A program made the translations under genes and the position numbers. A DNA stretch of 63,909 nucleotides, filler included, from Lenisia limosa (lineage: Eukaryota > Protista > Breviatea), in the NCBI GenBank assembly GCA_001655205.1. It is 15 parts of 15 records of this genome, joined end to end, with 100 filler letters (N's around TTAATTAATTAA, not from the genome) between each part and the next. Parts side by side here need not be neighbours in the genome. Positions count along the whole stretch, not along the records: positions 1 to 16,395 come from LPNZ01004482.1; positions 16,496 to 21,116 come from LPNZ01001206.1; positions 21,217 to 24,678 come from LPNZ01001229.1; positions 24,779 to 26,457 come from LPNZ01004992.1; 11 more parts are not named here. The stretch is one strand, 5' to 3'. Below, one piece after another: positions 12,900 to 26,345 of this stretch. The notes under the pieces are model-generated. The model searched no databases and was not told the origin of the DNA. It saw only the letters and a list, made by a program, of their open reading frames with translations. Numbering within the stretch: position 1 is the stretch's first letter; the number at the start of each line of letters is the position of its first letter.

Positions 12900-12915
12900 G
12901 TCACGTCAGCGTGAC
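12900..12915. promoter_or_regulatory. Perfect inverted repeat GTCACG-TCAG-CGTGAC between two divergent genes
   Basis: Sequence palindrome about 140 bp upstream of the VIT ATG. Any function is inferred from position only. Confidence 0.2.
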
Positions 12916-13296
12916 TTTTCCACGTTGTCACTGCTTTTGGCTCTGTTTTGGCAGCTTTTTGGCTCCTCCTTGGCTTTTTAGATACATAGGCAGTATATAG
13001 GATAAAACTATACGTAAAATATTGAAAAAAATTCTGTACCTTTCGAATTTTATGAATAATGTGAATGACCCATGAGGAATACAGCTGTCATGGACATGCT
13101 CCACTGGCCATCCATTTTATGAAGCCAACAGCTGTTAAAAGTTTTTGTTCACAGATATGGTGATAAAGATCCATGAAAGTAGGCCAATACAATCGTTTTT
13201 TCTTGTTTTTGAGAAGTATAACAATTCTCGATTTGTCAATTATTTGTGCTTTGATCATTTATTCCAGCAACTCATTCTCTTCTATGACAACGCAGA

Positions 13297-16028
13297 TCGG
13301 TGTAAGGAGAGCTGGGTAGCCCTCACAGCCCTCATTGTGGTAGCGCTTTTGTCGGCTTGGATGGCAGGTGCTGCGTCTCTCTTCCTACGTCCCATCTTCC
13401 CGTCCATCTTTGCTGGTGAGTATAAGTGGCTTTTGCAAAACTCACCCCACAGAATTTGTCATCTCCATTCCCCTCATTGTTCTTATTGGTCTCAAAAGGA
13501 CCTTGGAACCCGTTATTCCCCGAGCAAGTTTTAGTAGCCTCTCTTTTGCCTTGTGGGGGGGTCTCTAGATCATATGTTACTAACCATGAACTAAAGAATG
13601 TGAAACTCCAAACAAACAAACAAAAATGGATGCCAAATGTAAATACCATAAATAACCCTGTTTAAATAATAGATTCTTGAGTTTCTTCCAGTGATTTGTT
13701 TAGAACGACTGGGGTGAAGCCCATTCTTCTCTCTCTGCTTCTCAGCTGCTTTTTCTCTCTTATTTGGCAGAAAATTTCGGTAAGCCTGTTGTTATAATAT
13801 ACGTAATCAAGATAGCTCAAAATGAGTGCTATTTACTTGCTAGGTTTCCCCAATTGACCAACCACACTTCTCGTTTCCCCATGAACACACGCTTTGGTGG
13901 TGGCATGACAACCATGAGTGGGTGGAGTGGATGTGGTGGTGGCATAACCATGAGTGGGTGGAGTGGATGGTGGTCATTTCCTTCGCGGGATCTTTAAATC
14001 GATTACTGTGTTCGTGATAGCAGACAGTACTGGAATTCTAACATCTGTAGCTCTCGTGTTGTTCTCTCCATCTTAGTGACGATTGACACGCTGATCCTGG
14101 TATGTGAAATAGATGGGTAGGAAAATCACCAAAAACAGTTCTAAGTCAGTATTATCTTACCTTCTCACCACTCACAGTCGCCACTTCTCTTGGTTCTCTC
14201 GCCACTTGTTATCTCTTCAGTGAGATTCGTGATTCTCTCATTTGCCAAGCCATGGGAGGTCTGCTGCCTTCGTTTTTGGAAGTGTTTTTTCATACAGTCT
14301 TAGGATACAAAAGAATACAAAGGAACAATTAAACTGAGGTCTTCAATTCCCCTGTTTAATCCTTCAGGTTAAATGGAAGTCACTCTGGCCGATCCTTCTA
14401 CTCGTTTCGTCTTTTGAAGTGGTATGGTATGCGTTGGTCGATCTGCTTCCTTTATCGTCAGAAACAACAACAGTCTGTTATTATTTCAGGCAATTTCCAT
14501 TGAACAATGGTCCCGTCATGAGCCAAGTATTGACCCAAGCTCTCATCCCCTTCTTTATAGTTTCAAATGTCCAAAAGGTGTGTTCCTCACGCCTTGTGGT
14601 GACTCTTTAGCGTGTATCTAGTCTTGCAATGTCCAACAAACTCTTTTGCTGCATCATTTCATCAGGTCTGGATGGATGTTGTCGAACAATTATCAACGTT
14701 TTGATCAATCCTTTTATTACAGAATTAGCAAAACCATGGAATAAGATAGCCGAGATTCACACGATTTAGCTGTTATCCGTTCGCACCTCACACTGCCGTC
14801 CCTGTTCCCATCCCCAGTGTCGCCCATATGCCTACCCTTGGCCCTTCTGGTGTTCATAGCAAAACACAGCTCATGGAGAGTGCAGCCCCTCGACTCCTAT
14901 TGGGCCGAAAAAGAGAGTCCTTCATGTCTGCGGATTGTTTCCCAATGTTTTCTGAAGCAGCATCTCTGACCAGTTTAGATATCCCAGACGCAACCCCTTC
15001 CTTTGCCGGGGTAATAGCCCTGACAATGAACCCCCTAAACCCCTCCGAGCCATCAGTGGCATCTTCATCATCCAGTGTCACTCCTTATTCTTCATCTTCA
15101 TCCGATTTCAACGTTGGGGGGGGGGGGGCTTCGCTTGTANNNNNNNNNNNNNNNNNNNNNNNNNNNNNNNNNNNNNNNNNNNNNNNNNNNNNNNNNNNNN
15201 NNNNNNNNNNNNNNNNNAAACCTCATGAGTCAGTGAATTAAAGGCATCCCAGTCGTTCATGGTGCCTTGTATATTTGTTGTCTTCAAGTGAACTCTTTTT
15301 TTTTGTATCAACATGATATAGTACACTTATTGCACTGAGACTATTAAGTGATTAATGCCAGATTGCTTACTCAGTAATGCATTGCAGGAAGACGCCTTCA
15401 ATCCCTACATTGGGCAAAGAGCTGACAGTCCGCCTCGAGAGGAGGCGTCAGGTTTCTGGGGCTTGGAAGCAACTTATATGGCTGAAATACCTGACTTACT
15501 ACATATTTTTTCCTTTTCGTTTTCCTATGTCAGTTTTGATCCACCCCTGTCCTTTCATTTCTCTCACATTGAAGTCAAGAATGGTTCATGGTTGCGAGAC
15601 GTGTTTTTCAAGGTGTTCTCCTTCCTCCTGGTTGCTGCCTTTGTGGTATCTCTAATTGGTATGTTGGGGCTCTCTAGTCTCTCTAATTGCTACGTTGGGA
15701 CTTTTTTGTCGCTAATTGCAATGTTATTTGGCTTGGAAGCTCATATCGTAGGGTATGAGAACAAGCCGATGGCCTGCTTTGGCCTTGCTGAAACTAACGT
15801 AAGTGGTGATCTCAGAGGGGTGCTGTTTTAAAATTACTGTGAGATTTTGATGTTCTTTTTCAGAATAGAAGCCAAATACTGCCCCATGTCAAAATTAAAA
15901 AAAAAAGAAATAACTATTTTGATGGTGAATTTTGACATATTTTGGTGAGCACACTTTGGGCCATCCGCACGTTGAATTGCAGTGGTCCAATCTCAACCAA
16001 GATGAATGATATGATCACCTATGCCTAA
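13297..16028 (+). CDS. Unidentified multi-exon, multi-pass membrane protein; boundaries uncertain, could be two genes
   Basis: GT-AG bounded hydrophobic exons: ESWVALTALIVVALLSAWMAGAASLFLRPIFPSIFA, EFVISIPLIVLIGLKRTLEP, VKWKSLWPILLLVSSFEV, VKNGSWLRDVFFKVFSFLLVAAFVVSLI, GYENKPMACFGLAETN. No family recognised. Confidence 0.45.
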
Positions 16029-16439
16029 TTCTGACGGCTTTAGACGGAGGATGGACACTGGTGCCTTACACACGCCCTCTTATGGGTGCGATACCCCATG
16101 GTCAAGTAGTAGATTGTTTTTGTTTTTTTAAGATGTGTGGGTCTTTTTTTATTGAGTGTTTCTTGTTTTGTATTACAAAATGTTTTGTCAAGTAAAGATG
16201 TAGCTGTTATTCTATTCTCTGAACATATTGCACGAAACCACCAGACTTGACGTTGCACCCTTTCATTATATTTAATATGATCGCATATTATATCATATCA
16301 TATCATATTGCATATTACGCTTTTTAAATTCCTTCTCTTATTAAGAAATAGCAATGAATAAATATCCATTACAACTGTGATGAGAAAGGTGGCACNNNNN
16401 NNNNNNNNNNNNNNNNNNNNNNNNNNNNNNNNNNNNNNN

Positions 16440-16451
16440 TTAATTAATTAA
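16440..16451. other. Artificial scaffold linker TTAATTAATTAA, first of 14
   Basis: The same 12-mer with stops in all six frames sits centred in 100-bp N blocks at 16440, 21161, 24723, 26502, 31813, 33469, 39101, 40563, 42616, 44936, 50446, 57281, 61381 and 62834. Confidence 0.97.
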
Positions 16452-17189
16452 NNNNNNNNNNNNNNNNNNNNNNNNNNNNNNNNNNNNNNNNNNNNAAGGA
16501 TTCGCGTTAGGATATGCCACACATTCAAAAAAAAACCCCCAAAAACAAAGGTTCAGGAAGGAGGGACTTAATGTTCAGTCCCCCCTCCCTTGCAAAAATG
16601 TGTAATCTAAAGGACCCTTCGAGACAATTCCGCAGGGTAGTTTTCCATATGAAACAACTTCGGGTAATTTGTTTTTATGCCCTTTTTCCCGACTCTGGTG
16701 TTCCAATTTTGGGTATTTGGGTTTTGCTTTTTTTTTATTTTTTTTTTTTATTTCTTTCTTTGGGGTTTAAACATGAAGAATTTATTGTGACTACGCACAA
16801 CTAACACCGTATATTATTGCAATTTTTGGCCACATATAATAGCCTCAGTCTTACCCATTTTTAGAATTTTCATGTCTGGGGTGTTTAATATCATATCGAA
16901 GTGTCATTTTAATTACTTAGACAATTGTTCTTTTTTTTTTTCAAATAATAAAACACGATTTCAAAAGTGTGATTAACATCGCTTTTTAAGTTCACTTCTG
17001 TTTTTAACCCATTTTTATGCCTTGGATCAGCTGTGAGTTCAATTCGTTGATTATTGTTGTTTGCCTCTGTTCTGTGTTTTCTTTCTCTTTGTTCCTTAAT
17101 TTGATACACATGCATCAACAGCTTTATTACAATAATTTACTTGTAATATACCTGTCTGGACTGGGATCAGATCCCTCCCTCAGGGAGCT

Positions 17190-18300
17190 TTCTTAGGTTT
17201 GAAGAACCCAACCCAATTAATTCCAATTGAAAGTATGACGGAGGGATTTGTTGTATTATCAAATAACATCAGCAGAAACAGAAAACAGTGTTCTACTGCT
17301 TGTAGATAATATATCTCTCGGTCACATTCGAGCGCCTTCTTTTCTGACCTGGTTTAGGTCCTTCGTTTCGTTGTAGCGGTTTGTCGCAGTTCCGTGCCAG
17401 AATGAGTCCAGTCAGGTTTAGCATCTTCAAGCTACTCGTGTGCTTCCTCATCCTTGTCGAAACGGTGAATATCAGTTCTTCCTGCGTCTTTTTCTGGATG
17501 AGTCGGTACTGAGATTGGTGACAGGTCTATTTAATCATTGGCAGCGTCAGTGTCGCACTCGCTTCGTTTTGACCATCGCGTATCGGTTTTTAGTCTTGGT
17601 GTGATCTGTTTAGGCTGGCAGTAGACTCTGGTAGGAGGCGGAAGCTGTATGCCATAATGCTGTCGCCCTTGATGTTGGCAAGGGTGATGAGTTGTCCCAC
17701 TTCAGCCTCGGTAATAGGGGCTATGGCGCTCTTGTTGTACTGTGTGGGATCTTGCATTGGCGGCTCCATACTCCAGGGCCTGAAAACCCATTTTTATCCC
17801 ACAGTATTCCGTTGGGGATGCTCATAGTTGATTGCGGAGACGTATGAGCGAAGGGTTTGAGGGGTGATTTGATAGGTGCAGAACGAATCTGTCCATGATC
17901 TCGATGGTGTATTCTTTCCTTTCCCAGGTCGTCATTGCAGGTCAAGGAAGCCGTCGGAATAAAATAGAATCCCTTTTTAATCTTATTTTTCCAAATACAT
18001 CTCTTTTTTTGATTACAAGTGTCGATGATGTTCCCCATCTTGATTAATGCTACTATCGTCAATGTTAGGGAGCTAAGGCGTCTTGAACATGTGAATGATG
18101 AGTCTTTTTACCACCGCTGTTGCGGACAAGCGGGGGTAGGGCTATCTTGTCTATGACAATGAAACCTGGCAACGTCTTGGGAGTTTGCAGCTTCCCAGGT
18201 GAGTACTTGAGCGTTTAAAGGGTTGTTCCTCACGATTTGGTTGTTAATGTTGGTTGATTTACATTTTTTTAGAGGACGTTGCCTTTTGTGAGCTCCCAGA
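17190..18300 (-). pseudogene. Degenerate, apparently intronless coding-like relic, possibly a retroelement or transposon remnant
   Basis: Protein-like stretches (MTTWERKEYTIEIMDRFVLHLSNHP, SAIAPITEAEVGQLITLANIKGDS, YRLIQKKTQEELIFTVSTRMRKH) are broken by stops and frame changes with no obvious introns. No diagnostic motif. Confidence 0.2.
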
Positions 18301-21300
18301 AGATGCTTAAGGAAGAGTAAGCTTGTTTTTCACTCCCTGGGGACTGCAAAATGAATATTAAACTTGCTTTCTCCAGGTTTCTTGATCAAAGATATAGATT
18401 TCATTTCAACCTTCTCGTGTTTCCGATGTCTCCCCTTCCACCCCCTTCCACCATTATCTGTTTTGACAATGTTATTTCAAAAGGTGTTTTGGTAAGGGAT
18501 TTGGGATTTTGAGACTAATCTTTTTAGATCATCATTTGTTCATCTTCTCCTGGTTTTGATTCCCTATGCTTCGTGTTTCGATTTCCTGTGTTACTAACAT
18601 ACTCTAGAACTGGTGTAAAAACCGCGAAGCCCTTCTGCGCGAAAACCACCACTGGTCCCCCAACGAGAAGCGTTTTGTAGCCTATCGTTGGTTAGCTGTC
18701 GAGTTTTTTGGTAGTTGGTAAGAAGGTTACACTTCCATCTACTCTTGTAGACTTTGTCCGGTCAATGTACGAATAATTTTTCTTCAATATACTTTTCCTC
18801 TTTACATTTAACTCGGTATTTTGGTGGCTGAAGACTGTTATTCGTAGCGGTGTGCAAATACATTTCCACCTACCCCATTATACATTCACGTCTTACCGTG
18901 TAAATACATTTCTCTGTAAAACTAAAAGAATGAAACGTTTTTGAAAGTTGTTCTCAATTTGGCAGACAATGGTGTATAAACAGGGGTACAAACCCGCTTT
19001 TTAAGTACTACAGATTCGGGGTTCCAGTGGGATATTTGTTTAAATCAGGTTTAACTACTATAAAGCACCAAACTATGACAGTTGAAACTGGTTAGCTTGG
19101 TCTCCTTAACACAGCAAGACTGTAATATCAACTTTATTATGTTTAATTGAATGTTATTCCGGTTGGGATTGATTTTTTTAAAATTTCTTTTTGCTTTTTG
19201 GTCAGGTTGGGACTGTTCATGGTCTAATTAACTGTAGATAAAGATGAGACCACCTCTGTATCGACCAGTTTCTTTTTGTGGGGTCAACTTCCCTTCTGTC
19301 GGTGCGTTGACCTCCCCTCTCGATTCCTCCTTGGTATGAAAATGGTACCATGCAACAACTTAATATACAAGAGGGGTAAATATCGTTCTACGTCTTGTTC
19401 TGGATGTTGTCACAAGATCTCAAACCCCTACCCTTATGCCCCCCGATCCTTGCTTCTTTTACATAGCTACTGCGAACTATTTGTATTTTAAAGCAGTAAT
19501 TTTGAATTTCATTACAGTTGCTTTCTTTTTTGGGTATGTAAACCTTTTTGTCTAACTGATCGCGTTTTGTTGGTTTGTGGTGTCTACTCCGCTAACCCTC
19601 CCGGATACTATTTTTTTTGACATGATCTATATCTTCTGGAAAACTGTGTTTGATCACCAATGTAGGACTCTTTTTATCACGGACTCCCCATTCCCAACTT
19701 CATCTCCGAGCCTTCTGACACCTCCAAATGTATGGAATAGATTAATGTAAATAACATGCAAAATATTCATTCATCGTTGACATAAGTAGGTGGAAGAAAG
19801 ACACAAAGAAAAAGAGCCCACCCCCAACCTCCGCTGTGGAACTTTCGCAAGGGTCACGAATGTAAGCTAATATACTTGTACATATATTTAGTTGCTATCA
19901 ATCCCAGATGTTCTTTGTTTTGCTCATTTAAATATTGTAGACACCACGCCCACCGTCGTTGCATTACCGAGGGAGATACGGTTGGTATTTGTGTTTTTTA
20001 TTACTTCTTTTATATGTAACATTATTCCGCATCTCACTCGCAGTCACAACGCGGTGAAGTTTGCCGAGCCCGGCAAGACCGCCCGGTACCAGGACGACCT
20101 CGATGAGGACTCTACCATGGCATCAAGACAGAGAGGGGTCGGACGACGCCATGGACCCTGCACCGATGGTGGCGAATTTCCTGACAGCGCGAGAGTGGGG
20201 GGGCTGAAAGATGGATACCATTTTCCCCAATTTTATTTGTCAGGTGTTGACTATAATTGATATTTTCGTCAGTGTTACATATATTTTTATTATTCGCTTC
20301 AACTCCCTCTCCAATCGCTTCTTGAAACTATCAAGCTGACCGTGTCCCTTGACACTCGGTGTTCGAAGGTTAGTTTCTCTTACTTGATGTAATTCTGTGA
20401 GACATGTCTGAAACCGTTCTAGAAGTACGGGTAGAACTCCCTTGACGGCACCACCTTCGCCAACGCCGCCACACACGCCATCATATACGGGTTATTTGGG
20501 AAATTCTTCACCGAAGACAAAGATGTTCTTGTCAGAATAACTGCTTAACCCTTTATTTATGTTTCCTATTTATGCAAATCTCAACTATTATGGAAGTGAT
20601 TTGGGTTCTGATTTTCCTGTTGCTCTACTGCGTGTGGTCTGTCGTGTTCCTCTTTTGATCCCCATTTGCTATATTATAAGTAATTTGTAACTTTGTGGAG
20701 ATATAAATGCGTTGAGACAGTATCTGGCGTCCCTCTCCCCATCTTCAGTGAAGGTTCGCTAATGTGTGTTGCCTGAACCCTATCTGGACATCCAAGGAGA
20801 CACGTTTTGTGCTTTATCGTTCTCTTTCTGTTGCGATTGGTGTGCTTGGAAGGTCCCCTCTCCCTGATGCTGTTGTGTCATATGTTCGTGCTAGGTTTAA
20901 GGGTTATATAATTCTTTCTTCATGCATTCGAGTGATTTACCCCTTCTATTGTTTTATCATATTATATAGTGTTATAAATGTATTATATGCATGAACGGCT
21001 AAACCCTATAAAACCCTATAAATCCCGATATTTTTGTAAACTTTTTGAATAATTTTCCTCAAAAAACTTGGACATCAATAAAAACCAATAGAAATACGAA
21101 ATAATGACCAAATGTANNNNNNNNNNNNNNNNNNNNNNNNNNNNNNNNNNNNNNNNNNNNTTAATTAATTAANNNNNNNNNNNNNNNNNNNNNNNNNNNN
21201 NNNNNNNNNNNNNNNNCATCACCCTGGATGGTAGCTGTTGCTGATTCCGGGTTCACAACGACCCCATTGACTTTGACCTAAGAACATGTTAGAAATAACT

Positions 21301-22959
21301 TGAGCAGTACTGAGAAAAATTTGGAAAATACTGTGAACCTTATAATATACAATAACTGCGATAAGATTTAATGCGTAGATTCTGATATATACTTAGTCAA
21401 TCGTTTCAGGACTTATCGCGTTAGGTACATATATTAGATGTAAAGCTGCAACGTCAGTTTCGCTTGCTGCAATTAATAATTTCATAAATTTATGATTATA
21501 GTTAAAAATGTTTTTTATTGTGCAATTTTAAAAATAAAACCAAAAAAAATGAGACAAAACTAGACTGTTTAATGTTGTTGGGAAAATAAATCCGGGCAAT
21601 CAATAGAAATTCTACTGCATAACGCTGTATCACGTGGAACAGATTTGATAAAATTGCCGACTTTGAAGAAAATTTAATACACATATTGGAAAGAAGAGCT
21701 CCCTCAATATCAGGCCGAAAAGAAAACTATTGGACAGAATCATCACTAAACGTGGTTTTTATGTGAGAATGATCGAAGAGGAGAGAGTCTTAAAAATGTG
21801 TTGTGCGAGTTACAAATATCCCGATTCCGATACTTTGACAAAAAATAATCAAAACAAAGTCTCATGGTGCTTGAATGAAACGATTGGGAAATAAACAAAG
21901 ATAGAAGACCCGAATCATTCACCAACATACATTGCCTCTGGGCAGGAGAAAACCCTCGTTAGAAGAACCCGCGGAAGTAACGATCGTAAGCCCGGTCAAT
22001 TCCTAAAATATTATCAAGTGATCGGGTAAGTGAACTACAACTGCTAAACATCCCCATTAATAATGATACCAAATTAACAAATTATAACCAGGCGTGGCTC
22101 ACCAGAAGACTGTGATCACAGCTAACGGCTCGCAACTGGTTCTTGAGCGACGTGGCATTGAAGAGAATAGGAGATTCCAGACACGACAGGTCGAGACTGG
22201 TGAAAAATGCGTAGTTAGTTTGTAGTTTCCATTAGAATGCTTGGAAGGCGAAGAAAGGGTTCCTCACCTAAAAGCTCCGACAAGATAACAGAGCGCAATG
22301 ATCCATCTAGCAGTTTGGTACTTCATTTCGCTTATACTTATCAATTACTCAACAAAATACGGTAGTTTAGCACTATAGCTCGCTTTGGCCACGCGAACTC
22401 AACTGGAAAGTAACATTATATCCTAAAATATAAAGTTATACGGTGTTATTGAATCCTTATCAAATAAAAGCTTCCTAATAGTGATACGTGATTGTTTGGA
22501 CCAAATCTGATTATCAACCACTCTGTGCCCTTTATATAGCTTCCAATGAAGAGCTCCTCCAAAACCTCTCACACTTCTAACAAATCAAAACGTGATAAAA
22601 ACTACGAAACTGTTGGAAGAAAGAAAGGTCAAGAACACAAACGGAAGACCGCTGACACACCTTCCTCCACCAAAACAGAAGAAGGTTTGCCATGTTTGAT
22701 GTGAAGCAGAAATATTAGATAAAATTATTTATATGATGAAAGAATGTAATCTAATCTGGTGATCAAGGTTGCTTGCCCTTGCTGACCTCAGTTTCCCCTT
22801 CAGCTGTTTTTGGAAATCTCAGCTTTGAATTGTCATGATCTATTATAAACTCAGATAATTGTTTATATTTTCTCATTCTTTATCTTCAATCAAATAATCA
22901 TTATATTCATCACGCGCATTATAAAGCCATCCCTCGTGGATATGGGTAATCATATCGGC

Positions 22960-24678
22960 ACAAAAGTCTAGTCGATATGGGTTTACCTAACTCAGCAATG
23001 GACCCGAGTGAGCCAATGACCTCGGAGGAGAACCTCAATACGCTCAGCTACGACCCGGTGGACCTTTCAAATGCATGGTTAATCAGGGTGGGCGGGGATT
23101 GATAGCTTATTATGGTGTTTTGGGCTAAAGACTCGATAAATCCTCGAAAACTATCGATATTTACCGGTCTTTTTCGAACCAAAGTGAAGCCCAAGGTGTG
23201 TGGGGATTGTTTTGGTGCTCCACTCTACTCTTATTTGCTGATACTGTTGGACTTTAAATCAGTTGTTGTGAGCTGCCGATTGCTAACCAACGAGGTTGAT
23301 TCTCTTGTTTTATTTGTTTCATAAATTTACCATTGTTACTCCTCCCAGGTACCAAAGAAGCTGTACAACCATTGGCGCACTGCTTCGGATAATATGGAAG
23401 AGGGCACGGCGGCGTACCTTGGTGAACTTCGCACACATGAGTTGGTTCTCCCTTGTGCTTCATTTCTGGTTCCAAAATACATTGAAAATCCTGATACTAT
23501 TGAAGACTTTTCGAGGTTTATTTTTGGAACTGAAAGTGAGGCTTTCCATGGGGCTTCACATTGGGCAGAAAAAACCGGAGAAATCTTGATAGTTTTGGAG
23601 GACTTTTATTTTGTTTTGGAGTTTCAGATTACTTGTTCATGATTAGTTCCTTTTCACCAACACTCTTCATAGAAGTTACCTTCGCCCCCCTCTCTCACGC
23701 AGTTGTTCTAATCAACCAGGTCCTCCGATGTCAACAACCCGGTGGTGACCATAGATGTAGGACAGACGTCAACTGATGAAGTTTGTAGGGTATTAAAAAC
23801 CAGTTTTTTTTTTAGCTCAAGAAAAGTATTCATTAAAGAAACAATCTAGGCAACAATAATCCACAGAAAATGCATAGGATACAATGATAATTAAAGTGGA
23901 TTTGAAGCTCTTCTGATTCCAAAAAGATATTTCATCCGATTGTTAGGAGCGGAAACTATTCTGCATATGGCTGGCACCACCTTCCATTGAAATATTTCTC
24001 ACATTTTACCGCTTAGTTCGTGCACCAATACAAGATCAAGCTTAGGACCGACCACCCAATGACTCACGTCTTAAAGGAGGATTCTACAGGTTCAGGGGAT
24101 GAGTTGGATTTTTTATCATTCTTAGGTTTAACAGCAGCTTTAACAACATCTAGTAATGATGCTCATGTCTTCTCAGATATTACCGTAGTTTTTCATAGTT
24201 CTAAAGACATCTTATAATAGTTACTATCTGATTAGAAGTGAAATCCCCAATAATCGCGAATTGTCTCACGTCCCAGATACCCGGGCTCTGAGCGGAAAAA
24301 TTCAGCGAACGGGTAACCTTCAGCCATTCATTGATTCAAGTAAGCACTCGAGGACCATTTCAGTCTCATCTTGTATATTGTATGTATATAACAATAGTTT
24401 TCAATACACCGTTTGTAAAGTAGTATTATACAATCATATTCATATTATGCTTATAGAGTTCCACTTAGAGTACCAAATATTTCTGATATTTGGTAATTTT
24501 CGGATAAGTATTGCTGTGTTTTTTGGAAATTTTATTGAATATACCGTTAATATGGTCAGATTTTGCCGAGCATAGCCGACGAAAGAACGAGCAGGCAATG
24601 AAGCCCAAGTTCACCAACGCAAAGTTGCGCGGTAACGTTCACCGTGACCTTGGCGGCTCGGCTCGTATTGTTAAGGTC
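22960..24678 (+). CDS. Unidentified multi-exon gene fragment
   Basis: Exons with splice sites: DMGLPNSAMDPSEPMTSEENLNTLSYDPVDLSNAW, VPKKLYNHWRTASDNMEEGTAAYLGELRTHE, FVHQYKIKLRTDHPMTHVLKEDST, DFAEHSRRKNEQAMKPKFTNAKLRGNVHRDLGG. Confidence 0.45.
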
Positions 24679-24869
24679 NNNNNNNNNNNNNNNNNNNNNN
24701 NNNNNNNNNNNNNNNNNNNNNNTTAATTAATTAANNNNNNNNNNNNNNNNNNNNNNNNNNNNNNNNNNNNNNNNNNNNAAACAAACAAAGCCCGGGCCGG
24801 TCGCTTCTGCAGCACCACATCATAAGGAACATTTATGGGGGGTGGGGGGTGCAAAGACTCCGAGCAAAC

Positions 24870-26345
24870 CTTGATATCCTCGACCGCCGGCAGTTGGGGC
24901 AAAACCGCTTCGGATTGCACTGTTTGGCCCGGGCCGCGGAGACGATCAATTCTGGGAAGGGGAGGGTGTAATTGGAAAATATTAACAAAAACAAAGCCCA
25001 AAATAAATTTAGTTGTGACAACACATGAGGAGGGTGATAACAACAAACAAACAAAGTCGCTTCTGTAGCACCGCATCCCATAATTGGAAAGTTTATGTAA
25101 CAAAATAAAAACCTAAATCAACACCGTACCTTTCAGGGAAGATGGTGCAGTTGAGAATGAGATTGGCGTCGCTGGCTCTGGGCTGGACGGTTAGAACCGT
25201 TATGAATTTGGACGGTTATCAAAAGGTCATACGCAGTATACCCCCCACTTACAGTATAAGCCCTGGACGTAGCCAGGAGTTTGCGTTCCTTACCCATGCC
25301 CTTTCGTTCAACTTCGGCCCTGAATAGGTCAGTATTACTGTATATGTCAGTATTATTGTATGTCGGTATTATTGTATATTTAGGTCATCACATTGTAAAG
25401 GTCAATATTATTGTATATGTCAACATCATTGTGATTCAGCATCAAAATCGCAGTCCCGGCTGAAAAATAAGTGATCATTAGTTGTTGTGGTTGGCCCCAC
25501 CTTTTAGGTTTGGTTTTTTTTGCTTGGAATTTCCCCCCGTACCACCACTCGAATCTTGAAGTACCTTCCTCTCCTCCGTTGTACTGGTAGTCCACAAAGA
25601 GCTGCTCTCCGACCTGTTCAATTAATTCGAGTACAAATGAACACTCACTACGAAAGAATACATATCGTATATATTAAGCAATCGAAAACAAAAAGCAAGG
25701 TTGTATCTGGTCGAAACCGTCCACATCATCACGCTTATAAGAGATAATGATATTGAATTACAGGATAATTCACCCAATCATTTGACAGCTTTCTCTGCGT
25801 GTCTCCCAAAGTATCTATTACATATATTATCTGGGTCAGACATCCTCCCTTCCTTAATCATATGTAGGAATGAGAAACACAAAGGAAGATCTCGCGCAAA
25901 AACAAGAAACGTCATCCCTTTTTATTAGCCAATGGTACAGTGTTACAAACTGCAGCGTCCACCCTGTTTCCCCCTTTCCAACCTGGGGAACATTGGGGAT
26001 GCGGATTTCTGACGCAAATGGCTAGAGAAGTAAGGGAAAAGACAAGGGCCTAGTTTAATAAAAGGGTTGAAATAGAAATACAAGATTCTATTGAAAGAGG
26101 ACTTTTGTTTGACTAAAAGATCGTCCCCCCCCCCCCNNNNNNNNNNNNNNNNNNNNNNNNNNNNNNNNNNNNNNNNNNNNNNNNNNNNNNNNNNNNNNNN
26201 NNNNNNNNNNNNNNNNNNNNNNNNNNNNNNNNNNNNNNNNNNNNNNNNNNNNNNNNNNNNNNNNNNNNNNNNNNCCAGCTACACCGTCGGAACGCACCGG
26301 GGTACATGTGACCTCGATATGCGACCCCACGTCAAGCCTCGTTAG
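24870..26345 (-). CDS. AIR9-like microtubule-associated protein fragment (A9/Ig-like repeats)
   Basis: Exons give LDVGSHIEVTCTPVRSDGVAG, then VDYQYNGGEEGTSRFEW|AEVERKGMGKERKLLATSRAYT|PRASDANLILNCTIFPER|IDRLRGPGQTVQSEAVLPQLP. This fits the A9 repeat pattern Y-x-GG-x-EG-x-S-x3-W ... Y-x-P-x3-D ... P-x-R-x-DG-x2-G. Confidence 0.7.

Noticed and set aside
16396-16495. Recurrent TTAATTAATTAA motif as a biological repeat or CRISPR-like spacer
   Set aside because: It is always centred in an exact 44N+12+44N block and encodes stops in all six frames, so it is a scaffold-joining artefact.
17190-18060. Stop-codon reassignment (TAA/TAG read as Gln) to explain in-frame stops
   Set aside because: Well-supported genes end at TGA (PEPCK), TAG (VIT) and TAA (IFT121), their exons show no in-frame stops, and this tract also needs frameshifts.
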